Shown here: positions 37,548-45,796 of the stretch, one piece after another
How the letters are laid out: each line of letters opens with the position of its first letter
How positions within the stretch are numbered: the first letter of the stretch is position 1
NCBI GenBank assembly: GCA_037446215.1
Contig: JBBIJB010000011.1
Span: 329-49,443, forward strand
Reading direction: 5' to 3'
Origin: Armatimonadota bacterium
GTDB taxonomy: Bacteria; Sysuimicrobiota; Sysuimicrobiia; Sysuimicrobiales; Humicultoraceae
Length of the DNA: 49,115 nt
Made by a program: the position numbers and the translations under genes
The notes under the pieces: model-generated
What the model saw: the letters and a program-made list of their open reading frames with translations, nothing else
Databases searched by the model: none
What the model was told of the DNA's origin: nothing

Positions 37548-37720
37548 GTCTAGCAGTTCGGTCCGGGTGTCCTGTTTCCCTGTGGCCGGATGCGTGCCCG
37601 GCGCCCCGACATGGAGGAATAATGCCTGCGCCAGAGTAAGATACCAGCGGTCGAGAGAAGGGTGTTGCAAGGGGGTTCGTCTCGGAAAGGCGGCATGATC
37701 ACGCACACTGGAGGGTTGCG

Positions 37721-39466
37721 ATGAGCAGGCTGCTGCGGGTCAACATGACCGACCTCAAGGCCACGTTCGAGGAAGTGCCGGACGAGTACCGCAACTGGGG
37801 CGGGCGAGGCCTGACGACCCTGATAACGGCCAAGGAGGTCCCACCGACCTGTCACGCGCTGGGACCCAACAACAAGCTGGTGATAGCGCCCGGCATAGTC
37901 AGCGGCACGCCGGCGCCTACCTCGGGCCGCACCTCGTTCGGCGGCAAGAGCCCGCTCACGGGGACCATCAAGGAGACCAACGCCGGAGGCCTCTCCTCGC
38001 AGAAGATAGCCAAGCTGGGCATCAAGGCGATCATCATCGAGGGCCAACCCGCCGATCCGGCCAACTACTGGGTGCTGAAGGTCAACAAGGACGGCGCCGA
38101 GTTCATGCCCGCGGGAGAGCTCGTCGGCAAGGGGATGTACGAGGTCTGCAAGCTGCTCTGGGAGCGGCACGGCGAGGGCGTGGCCGTCATCGGAGTCGGC
38201 CCTGCCGGAGAGCATCGCCTGACGGGTGCCGGCATCTGCGTCAACGACACCGAGAACACGGCCGGCCGCTATGCCGGGCGAGGCGGCATGGGCGCGGTGA
38301 TGGCCTCCAAGGGCCTGAAGGCGATGGTGATCGACGACGCCGGAGGCCCCGGGGTCCCGATCGCCGACAAGGAGAGGTTCAGGGCGGCGATCAAGAAGCT
38401 CACAGACGCCTCCCTCAAGCACGACGTGACCAAGAAGGGCGGCGCCCTCAACACCTACGGCACCAACGTCCTGGCCAACATCATGAACGAGGGCGGCGGC
38501 TACCCCACCCGCAACTTCCGAACCGGCAGGTTCGAGCTGACCGGGGAAATCAGCGGCGAGGCGGTGGCCGAGATCATAAAGAAGCGGGGCGGCGTCGGGA
38601 CGGCCGGCCACCCCTGCCATCCCGGCTGCATCATCCAGTGCTCCAACATCTACGCCTACCCGGACGGCACGTTCCACACCTCGGTGCTGGAGTACGAGTC
38701 GGTGTGGGCGTTCGGCGCCAACTGCGGCATAGGCAACGTCGACGACATCGCCGACCTCGTCTGGGCCTGCAACGACGTTGGGCTGGACACGATCGAGATG
38801 GGCGGGACGATAGGTGTGGCGATGGACGGCGGCATGCTGCCGTTCGGCGACGCCGAGGGCGCGAAGAAGCTGCTCAACGAGGACGTCCGCAACGGCACGC
38901 CGGCCGGCCGCATCATCGGGAACGGTGCCGAGTTCACGGGCAAGGCGCTGGGAGTGGTGCGCGTTCCCACCGTGAAGGGGCAGTCGATGCCCGCCTACGA
39001 GCCGCGCGCTGTGAAGGGTATAGGCGTCACCTACGCGACGAGCACTATGGGCGCCGACCACACCGCCGGCTACACCATCGCGCCGGAGATACTGGGCGTT
39101 GGCGGCAAGGCCGACCCGTTCAACCCCGAGAAGGCAGCGCTGTCGCGGGCTTTTCAGGCCTCGACCGCCTTCATAGACACCAGCGGCTACTGCCTGTTCG
39201 ACGCCTTCGCGGTCCTGGACATCCCCGAAGGCCTGGAAGGGATGGTAGAGTCGTGCGCCGCGGTGCTGGGCACCAACTGGACCGTGGACGACATCGGATC
39301 GCTGGGGACCGAGGTCCTCAAGGCGGAGCGCGCATTCAACGCGGCGGCCGGGTTCACGAGGTCCCACGACCGCCTGCCCGAGTTCATGAAGTACGAGCCG
39401 CTCCCGCCCCACGACACGGTCTTCGATGTGCCCGACGAGGACCTGGACAAGGTTCACGAGTACTAG
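37721..39466 (+). CDS. aor: Aldehyde:ferredoxin oxidoreductase family (tungstopterin enzyme)
   Basis: MSRLLRVNMTDL..., GGRGLTT, GKSPLTGTIKETNAGG, AGRYAGRGGMGAVM, C-rich block HPCHPGCIIQC, YATSTMGADHTAGY; 581 aa. SD GGAGGG 5 nt before the ATG. Confidence 0.9.
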   Translation: MSRLLRVNMTDLKATFEEVPDEYRNWGGRGLTTLITAKEVPPTCHALGPNNKLVIAPGIVSGTPAPTSGRTSFGGKSPLTGTIKETNAGGLSSQKIAKLGIKAIIIEGQPADPANYWVLKVNKDGAEFMPAGELVGKGMYEVCKLLWERHGEGVAVIGVGPAGEHRLTGAGICVNDTENTAGRYAGRGGMGAVMASKGLKAMVIDDAGGPGVPIADKERFRAAIKKLTDASLKHDVTKKGGALNTYGTNVLANIMNEGGGYPTRNFRTGRFELTGEISGEAVAEIIKKRGGVGTAGHPCHPGCIIQCSNIYAYPDGTFHTSVLEYESVWAFGANCGIGNVDDIADLVWACNDVGLDTIEMGGTIGVAMDGGMLPFGDAEGAKKLLNEDVRNGTPAGRIIGNGAEFTGKALGVVRVPTVKGQSMPAYEPRAVKGIGVTYATSTMGADHTAGYTIAPEILGVGGKADPFNPEKAALSRAFQASTAFIDTSGYCLFDAFAVLDIPEGLEGMVESCAAVLGTNWTVDDIGSLGTEVLKAERAFNAAAGFTRSHDRLPEFMKYEPLPPHDTVFDVPDEDLDKVHEY

Positions 39467-39479
39467 CCCGTAAGGTCAC

Positions 39480-39812
39480 ATGGAGGCGGTTGGCGAGGCG
39501 AAAGGCACAGCCGAATCGGGTGAGGGTCATTCCGTGGAGGTGCACGTCTACGGAGCCCTCACCCTCCGGTTCGGGGCGGAGTCGGTCTCCCGTCCGGTCA
39601 GCAGGAAGGTCGAGCTCTCGGGAGGGGAGACGATCGGCGATGTGCTGGAAGCGATAGGAGTCCGCCCCGAAGAGGTCAGCCACCTCTTCCTCAACCATCA
39701 GTACTCGGCTTCCTCCCGGAGGGTCAGGCCCGGGGACCGGTTGGCGGTCTTCGGGAAGGACATGGCGCTGCTCTACCGGCAGTACTTCCCGAAGCTGACG
39801 GAAGATCCGTGA
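39480..39812 (+). CDS. MoaD/ThiS-like beta-grasp protein (no C-terminal Gly-Gly)
   Basis: VEVHVYGALTLRFG...GGETIGDVLEAIGV...RVRPGDRLAVFG resembles the ubiquitin-like sulfur-carrier fold but continues 22 aa past the FG. Alternative start GTG 39534 behind GGTGAGGG would give 92 aa. Confidence 0.5.
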   Translation: MEAVGEAKGTAESGEGHSVEVHVYGALTLRFGAESVSRPVSRKVELSGGETIGDVLEAIGVRPEEVSHLFLNHQYSASSRRVRPGDRLAVFGKDMALLYRQYFPKLTEDP

Positions 39813-39825
39813 GAGCATCCCCAAC

Positions 39826-41334
39826 ATGCGGGTGACCGTTCGCCTGTTCGCGACGCTCCGCGATCTTGTGGAGGGCGGCAGGAGCCCGCTCTCGCTAGAC
39901 CTCACAGAGGGGACCACCGTGGCGGAGATGGTGGCCGGCCTCGGCATTCCCGCCGGCACGGTGCGCAAGGTCTTCGTGGGCGGAGTGGCGAGGGAGGAGT
40001 CGTACGTGCTGCGAGACGGCGACGATGTCGGCGTCTTCCCTCCGATCGCCGGCGGGCGCCTGTCCGGCGAGTTCCTGCAGATCAGGAGCGTCGGGGAGGC
40101 CTGGAGCACGTTCGAGGCGGCCTGGACCCCTTCCGGTCCCAGGTTGGTGGCGGTTGATCTATCCGGTGCCTGCGGTAGGACACTGGGAGCGGACGTCCTC
40201 TCGCCCGAGGACCTGCCGCCGTTCCCGCGCTCGGTCGTGGACGGCTACGCGGTGCGCGCCGCAGACACCTTTGGCGCGGGCGAGAGCCTGCCCGCATATC
40301 TGACCGTCTGCGGCGAGATCCTGATGGGCAGGCCGCCAGGTCTCTCCGTCGGCCCTGGCGAAGCCGCACGCATACCCACCGGCGGGATAGTCCCCGAGGG
40401 CGCGGACGCCGCGGTGATGGTCGAGCACTGCGAGACATTGGCGCCCGCCGACCATGCCGCCGTCGGCCTGGGATACGGCGCCGGGATCGAGGTTCGGAGG
40501 CCCGTCGCACCCGGCGACAACGTCATCCAGGCGGGAGAGGACGTGCGCATGGGGTCGGTTGCCGTCCCCGGCGGCACGATGTTGCGCCCGGCTCACATAG
40601 GGCTGCTCGCCGGCCTGGGCGTCACAAGGGTGGAGGTGACGGCGCCCCCGCGGGTGGCGGTCATCTCGACCGGGGACGAGGTAGTTCCGCCCGCCAGCAC
40701 GCTGGAGGCGGGCCTGGTCAGGGACATCAACGGCCCGGCGCTGGTCGCCGCGGTCCGGGAGGAGGGGGGCGAGCCGACCTTCCTCGGGATCGTGCCCGAC
40801 CTCTACGAGCCCCTCCTCTCCTCGATCAGGGAGGCTGTGGCGGAGTTCGACCTCGTGCTCGTCTCAGGAGGCAGTTCGATCGGCCCCAGGGACGAGGTGG
40901 CGCGTGCGATCAACGACCTGGGCCCTCCCGGCGTGCTGGTACACGGGGTCGCGATGAAGCCGGGAAAGCCGACGGTCCTCGGGCTTTGCCGGGGCACGCC
41001 GGTGGTGGGCCTGCCCGGGCATCCCACCACGGTGATGGTGGTCTTCCACGTCTTCGTCCGCGAGATCATCCGCAGGCTGCTCGCACGGGCGCCCGGTCCT
41101 CCGTCGGCCGTGCGCGCGCGCATCTCGCGCCGGCTCGCGTCCGCCGCCGGCAGGACCGACTACGTGCGCGTGCGCCTCGAGCGCCGCGACGGCGCGCTGT
41201 GGGCGGTGCCGTTGCTCGGCAAGTCGGGTCTGATCTCCACGATGGCCGCGGCCGACGGCCTGGCCGTGATCCCCGAAGCGGCCGAAGGGCTCGATGTCGG
41301 AGAAGAGGTCGGCGTGGAGCCCGTCCGCGGATGA
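39826..41334 (+). CDS. moeA: MoaD (molybdopterin synthase sulfur-carrier) fused in-frame to MoeA (molybdopterin molybdo/tungsto-transferase)
   Basis: aa 1-77 MRVTVRLFATLRDL...RDGDDVGVFPPIAGG closely matches the canonical MoaD C-terminus (..FPPVxGG). There is no stop and no ATG/GTG/TTG after the GG (40051-40056). aa ~79-502 is a full MoeA (SVVDGYAVRA, PTGG..PEGADAVVMVE, ISTGDE, LVSGGSSIGPRD, VAMKPGKPT, GLPGHP). Confidence 0.85.
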   Translation: MRVTVRLFATLRDLVEGGRSPLSLDLTEGTTVAEMVAGLGIPAGTVRKVFVGGVAREESYVLRDGDDVGVFPPIAGGRLSGEFLQIRSVGEAWSTFEAAWTPSGPRLVAVDLSGACGRTLGADVLSPEDLPPFPRSVVDGYAVRAADTFGAGESLPAYLTVCGEILMGRPPGLSVGPGEAARIPTGGIVPEGADAAVMVEHCETLAPADHAAVGLGYGAGIEVRRPVAPGDNVIQAGEDVRMGSVAVPGGTMLRPAHIGLLAGLGVTRVEVTAPPRVAVISTGDEVVPPASTLEAGLVRDINGPALVAAVREEGGEPTFLGIVPDLYEPLLSSIREAVAEFDLVLVSGGSSIGPRDEVARAINDLGPPGVLVHGVAMKPGKPTVLGLCRGTPVVGLPGHPTTVMVVFHVFVREIIRRLLARAPGPPSAVRARISRRLASAAGRTDYVRVRLERRDGALWAVPLLGKSGLISTMAAADGLAVIPEAAEGLDVGEEVGVEPVRG

Positions 41335-43264
41335 GGACCCGCAGGCACGCCTACCTGTTGGACATACCGCTCGGGGAAGCCCTGTCGAGATGGTTCGGTC
41401 TTCTCCGCTCGCGCGGGCTGCTTGCCCCTCGGGAGGAGGAGGCGGTCGCGAGCTCACAGGCGCTCGGCCGGGTGACCGCGGCCGCTGTGAGGGCGGCTCG
41501 CTCCGTGCCACACTACCACGCGGCCGCAGTCGACGGCATCGCGGTCCGAGCGGCAGATACGTTCGGGGCCTCGGAGAGCTCGCCGGTCACGCTCACCCCT
41601 GGTCTCTACGCCTTCGTGAACACCGGCGACCCCATGCCGGAGTGGGCGGACTCGGTTGTGATGATAGAGGAGTGCCACGACTCCGACTCCGATGTGGAGA
41701 TAGTCGCCCCCACGGTGCCGTGGCAGCACGTCCGCTCTGCGGGCGAGGACGTAGTCGCGACCGAGCAGCTCCTGCCCGGCAGCCATACCCTCCGCCCCGT
41801 GGATCTGGGCGCGCTCCTGGCAGCGGGCGTCGAGCGGGTGGCGGTCCGGAGGCGGCCGAGCGTGGCGCTCGTTCCCACCGGCGACGAGATCGTCCATCCC
41901 GCCGGGGTGCTGCGCCCGGGCCAGATCCCCGAGTTCAACTGCACGATGCTGGCCGCCCAGGTGGTCGAGTGGGGCGGCGAGGCCCGGATCTATCCGATCG
42001 TTCCCGACGACGCAGGCCGGCTCGCCGATGCGATATCGGAGGCCTCCGCCTGCGACCTCGTCGTGGTCAACGCCGGGGCCTCCGCGGGTGAGCGCGATCA
42101 CACCGCCGAGGTCTTCGCGAAGTTGGGCGAGGTGACGGTGCACGGGGTGGCGATACGCCCCGGCAAGCCCGTCATACTGGGGGTGGTTGGAGGAAGGCCC
42201 GCGATCGGGCTCCCCGGCTATCCGGTCTCCGCGCTGCTGACGTTCGAGCTGTTTGCTAGACCCGCGCTGTACGAGATGCTGGGCCAGGCACCTCCCGAGC
42301 GCGAGCGCGTGAGCGCGAGCCTTGCCCGGAAGGTGCACTCGACGCTGGGGTCGACGAGTTCGTTCGCGTCACCGCCGGCCGCGTCGGAGGGCGGATCGTG
42401 GCGGCGCCTCTCGCGAGGGGCGCCGGACTCCTCACCTCGCTGGTCAGGGCGGATGGATGGATCGTCATCCCCCGCTCGAGCGAGGGCCTGGAGGCCGGCT
42501 CACAGGTGGAGGTCGAGCTGCGCCGGCCCAGGAGCGATCTCGAGTCGGCGGTGGTCGTCGTGGGAAGCCATGACGTGGCCCTGGACGTCGTCGCCGACTT
42601 CCTGCGCCGGGGGGGCGGGGTCTCGCTTACCTCCGCGCACGTGGGCAGCCTCGGCGGTCTGCTCGCGCTTCGCCGGGGAGAGGCGCACATGGCGGGCGTC
42701 CACCTGCTGGATGAGACGAGCGGCGAGTACAACGTTCCCTATGTGCGGCAGCATCTTCCCGGCGGCACTACCGTTCTCGTTACCCTTGCGGGGCGCAGCC
42801 AGGGCCTCATGGTCGCCCCTGGCAACCCGCTCGAGATCAGAGGCATAGCGGACCTCGCCAGGCCCGGGGTGCGGTTCGTCAACCGTCAGAAGGGAGCAGG
42901 CACCCGCCTGCTGCTCGACTTCGAGCTTCGGCGGGCCGGGCTCGACCCCGGCGCCGTCCTGGGCTACGGCCGCGAGCTCTATACCCACATGGCCGTCGCC
43001 TCCGCCGTGGCCACCGGGGCGGCCGATGCCGGCATGGGCATCCTGGCAGCCGCCAGGGCGATGGATCTCGAGTTCGTGCCGCTCGCCTGGGAAAGGTACG
43101 ACCTCGCCGTGCCCGAGGAGAACCTCACCCTACCTCAGGTCAGGAAGGTGCTCGAGGTCCTAGAGCGCGCCGACTTCCGCCGCGCGGTGGCGGCGCTTGG
43201 GGGCTACGACCTCTCCGAGACAGGAGCCAGAACCGTCGTCGACGCCAGGTCGGCCCCGGCCTGA
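41331..43264 (+). pseudogene. moeA: Second MoeA paralogue fused to a periplasmic-binding-protein-like (molybdate/tungstate-binding type) domain, reading frame broken near 42347-42352
   Basis: Frame 1 (ATG 41331, ATGA overlap with the upstream stop) encodes MoeA domains I-III up to ..ARKVHSTLG. From 42353, the frame displaced by -1 encodes DEFVRVTAGRVGGRIVAAPLARGAGLLTSLVRADGWIVIP (MoeA domain IV) and then a PBP-like domain to 43264. The frame-1 continuation is low-complexity nonsense. The break coincides with the GGGG run at 42347-42350. Confidence 0.8.
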
Positions 43265-43265
43265 T

Positions 43266-43285
43266 AGGCGCGGAACCGCGCGCCT
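43266..43285. terminator. GC hairpin after the moeA-PBP gene
   Basis: AGGCGCG (43266-43272) pairs with CGCGCCT (43279-43285). No U-tract on either strand. Confidence 0.3.
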
Positions 43286-43487
43286 TCAGCGGCCGGAACC
43301 GCAGGATCAGCGGAATCTAGACGGCCGCGATGACCACCTCGAGCGGAAGGCCGAGCACTACCGCCCTGGACTCATCCAGGATACGGAACGGCCGGGCCGC
43401 GGGGCTATCCCCAAGACGGAGACGAACAGGAAGAGCGCAAGGGCGAGGGTCGCGAAGACGATCGTCTGCTGGATCATTGTGGGCGGT

Positions 43488-44570
43488 CTATCTCGGGTCT
43501 CGCTGCGGCGAAGAGCGCCCCAGCAGCCGCGACGCGCGTACCCCTAGCAGGCGGACCGGCAGCTCCAGGCTCACCCTCTCCAGCAGCCCGAGGGCCGCCG
43601 CCGCAACCGCGCCGTCCTCGTCGGTGGGCGAGGCGAGCGTGTGGGAACGCGTGAGCGTTCGGAAGTCGGCGAACCTGACCTTGAGCGTTATCGTCGATGC
43701 CCGCAGCCCATCGGATCTCAGGTCCGCCGCCAGCCTGGCGGCCAGCTTGGTTATCATCTCCCTGATAGTCTCGGCCCGCCTCAGATCGACCTGGAAGGTC
43801 CGCTCCCTGCTGACGGATCTCGGCTCCCACTCCTCGGTGACCGGTGCGTCGTCGATCCCCTGGGCCGCGCGGTGCAGGTAGGCGCCCCCTCGCGGGCCGA
43901 ACACCTCGGAGAGGCGCTCGGCGGGGACCGCGGCCAGATCCCCCACGGTCTCGATGCCAAACGCCTCCTTGAGGCGCGCCGCGGTCTTCGGTCCCACCCC
44001 CCAGAGCACGGTGACAGGGAGGGGCGCCAGGGAGGAACGGACTTCATCCGGCCCTATCACGGTCAGGCCGTCGGGCTTGCGCATCCCCGATGCGATCTTG
44101 GCGACCAGCTTGTTCGGCGCCACCCCGACCGACGCCGTGAGGTGAAGCTCAGCGGCGATCCGCTCCCTGATCTCCGCCGCTACCCGCTCGCCGAACCCGG
44201 GCTCCTCGCTGCCCGGCAGCCCGCTTATGTCGAGGAACGCCTCGTCTATGCCGAGCGACTCGACCGGCGCGCCGGTAGCGCGCAGGATCGCGTGCATCCG
44301 CTCGGAGACGGCGCGGTACGCGGCGAAGTCCACCGGCAGGAAGACCGCACCCGGGCACCTGGCATGCGCGGTGCGCAGCGGCATCCCGGAGTGGATCCCG
44401 TACTTGCGCGCCTCGTAGGAGGCGGTCGAGACTACCCCTCGCTTGCGCGGGTCGCCGTCGCCGCCTACCACCACGGGGCGGCCGCGCAGCTCCGGGCGCC
44501 TTTGCAGCTCGACCGCCGCGAAGAAGGCGTCCATGTCGACGTGCAGTATAGTGCGGCCCGGTGTCGGCAT
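43488..44570 (-). CDS. dinB: DNA polymerase IV (Y-family)
   Basis: ILHVDMDAFFAAVELQRRPELRGRPVVVGG, SIDEAFLD, LPVTVLWGVGPKT; 360 aa. Confidence 0.95.
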   Translation of the reverse strand: MPTPGRTILHVDMDAFFAAVELQRRPELRGRPVVVGGDGDPRKRGVVSTASYEARKYGIHSGMPLRTAHARCPGAVFLPVDFAAYRAVSERMHAILRATGAPVESLGIDEAFLDISGLPGSEEPGFGERVAAEIRERIAAELHLTASVGVAPNKLVAKIASGMRKPDGLTVIGPDEVRSSLAPLPVTVLWGVGPKTAARLKEAFGIETVGDLAAVPAERLSEVFGPRGGAYLHRAAQGIDDAPVTEEWEPRSVSRERTFQVDLRRAETIREMITKLAARLAADLRSDGLRASTITLKVRFADFRTLTRSHTLASPTDEDGAVAAAALGLLERVSLELPVRLLGVRASRLLGRSSPQRDPR

Positions 44571-44606
44571 ACCACCGGGCTGTTCGCGGTGTTCGGTGGT
44601 GCTTTC

Positions 44607-45407
44607 CTACCTGCCCAGGCCGGCTGGCACTCCGGTCCGGGTGATGACTCCCCCGGCCGGGTTCGGGGCGCAGTCGTTCGTATTGAGGGATCCGCCGTTC
44701 CAGTTGCCGGTGTAGACCATCGTGTAGGTCGCGCCGTCGTCGCCGCCCAGCGCGCTCAAGGGGGTCGTCACGGTCAGAGTGCTGCCGGAGACGGATACGG
44801 TTGCCTGGCCGGTCACCGTCCAGGAGTTGTTGATAACGTTGTAGTTGCCGTTGGGAAGCCGGTCGCCCGGCGCGCCGAAGCCCTGGCCGATCACCACGTA
44901 GTCCAACCCCGGCGTGCTCCCCAAGGATCCACAGGACATCAAGAGCCCTGTTGCCGGGTTCTGGTCGGTGTCAAACCCGAGGTTGAAGGCAAGCTGCGCC
45001 CCGCCGGCGTCCGGCCCGCTCCCCGGGGGCGGCAGCGTCACGGCGGCGGTGAAGACGATCTCGACCTCGAGGGCGTCGTAGCTGCCGTAGGGTAGGTTGT
45101 CTACGCGCCTTGTCACGATCCGGAGGACGTCGCGAACGGTCGCGGGCCCAATGGCGTCGCCTGCCCCGTCGAAGTGCTGGCTGGTGACGGTGGGAAGTTG
45201 CGCTACCCCGACTGTGCCGCGTGCCCTCGACAGATTCCCGGCGTGGCCCGCCGCGGTGACCCTTCGCGGGCCGCGGTGAGAGACCTGCCTCGTCCTCTGG
45301 GGCCGCCACGGCATACGCTTGGTCCACGGCATGGTCCAGCGTTTCAGGTTCAGGCCGGGGATCGCCACGCCAGAGCAGCCCAGGAGGTTCTCGGCGTGAT
45401 CACGCAC
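44607..45407 (-). CDS. Hypothetical Gly/Thr/Asn-rich beta-type protein, N-terminus unresolved
   Basis: The C-terminal ~200 aa has genuine coding character (NLGFDTDQNPATG, NGNYNVINNSWTVTGQATVSVSGSTLTVTTP, YTGNWNGGSLNTNDC). The first ~60 aa are Arg-rich and probably not coding. No signal peptide in any of the three minus-strand frames. Confidence 0.35.
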   Translation of the reverse strand: MRDHAENLLGCSGVAIPGLNLKRWTMPWTKRMPWRPQRTRQVSHRGPRRVTAAGHAGNLSRARGTVGVAQLPTVTSQHFDGAGDAIGPATVRDVLRIVTRRVDNLPYGSYDALEVEIVFTAAVTLPPPGSGPDAGGAQLAFNLGFDTDQNPATGLLMSCGSLGSTPGLDYVVIGQGFGAPGDRLPNGNYNVINNSWTVTGQATVSVSGSTLTVTTPLSALGGDDGATYTMVYTGNWNGGSLNTNDCAPNPAGGVITRTGVPAGLGR

Positions 45408-45603
45408 CTCCGCCCGGCGTTCCGGTCCCTTCCGTGACCTCGCTCTTCGCGCTCCCGCGTCGGCGGGCCGGCACAGAACTCGACCCTGCCATCGTCGACG
45501 CGCTCATCGAAATGATCGAGGCCCGCGGGCAGGCCCAGGGACCGACGGCTGTTGCCCGCGGGCAGCTGCCTGGCTATACTGGATTCCGAAAACAGCATAG
45601 GGG

Positions 45604-45711
45604 ACCACTGGGGGAGCTCGGGAGAGAGCCGGGCTGAGAGTGCGACCTGCCGAGGGCACCGTCGCAGACCCCTCTAACCCGATCCAGGCAATGCTGGCGT
45701 GGGGAAGTGAG
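45604..45711 (+). promoter_or_regulatory. TPP (THI-box) riboswitch
   Basis: CACUGGGGGAGC...GGGCUGAGAG...(P3 UGCGAC/GUCGCA)...ACCCCUCUAACCCGAUCCAGGCAAUGCUGGCGUGGGGAAGUG matches the TPP aptamer core (GGGG.GC, CUGAGA, ACCC, AACC.GAUC.GG.AAUGC..GCG..GGGAAG). Lies directly upstream of a thiamine salvage operon. Confidence 0.85.
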
Positions 45712-45722
45712 GCCGATGGCCG

Positions 45723-45763
45723 CAGCCGCCACTCCGAGATGGACCGGGCGGCTGTTCAACTTG
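45723..45763 (+). terminator. Candidate riboswitch expression-platform terminator
   Basis: CAGCCGCC (45723-45730) pairs with GGCGGCTG (45747-45754), followed by TTCAACTTG (a weak U-tract). Confidence 0.3.
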
Positions 45764-45796
45764 CGGGAGACCACGGTCCCCTGGAGGATGAGGGTC

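Noticed and set aside
37600-37720. Moco/Wco riboswitch upstream of aor, prompted by CTCGGAAAGGCGGC and the lower GC of this stretch.
   Set aside because: Only a GGAAAGG-like patch matches what I recall of the Moco motif, with no supporting helices found by eye. The region is more simply the divergent corA/aor promoter zone. cmsearch with RF01055 would settle it.
42340-42360. Programmed -1 ribosomal frameshift in moeA-PBP.
   Set aside because: No slippery heptamer and no obvious downstream pseudoknot. The break coincides with a G4 homopolymer, and a one-base insertion restores a normal MoeA junction.
43361-43477. 38-codon minus-strand ORF (MIQQTIVFATLALALFLFVSVLGIAPRPGRSVSWMSPGR) 10 nt downstream of dinB, with one clear hydrophobic helix.
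   Set aside because: No Shine-Dalgarno sequence (unlike almost every real gene here), very short, and no recognisable family. It cannot be supported from sequence alone.
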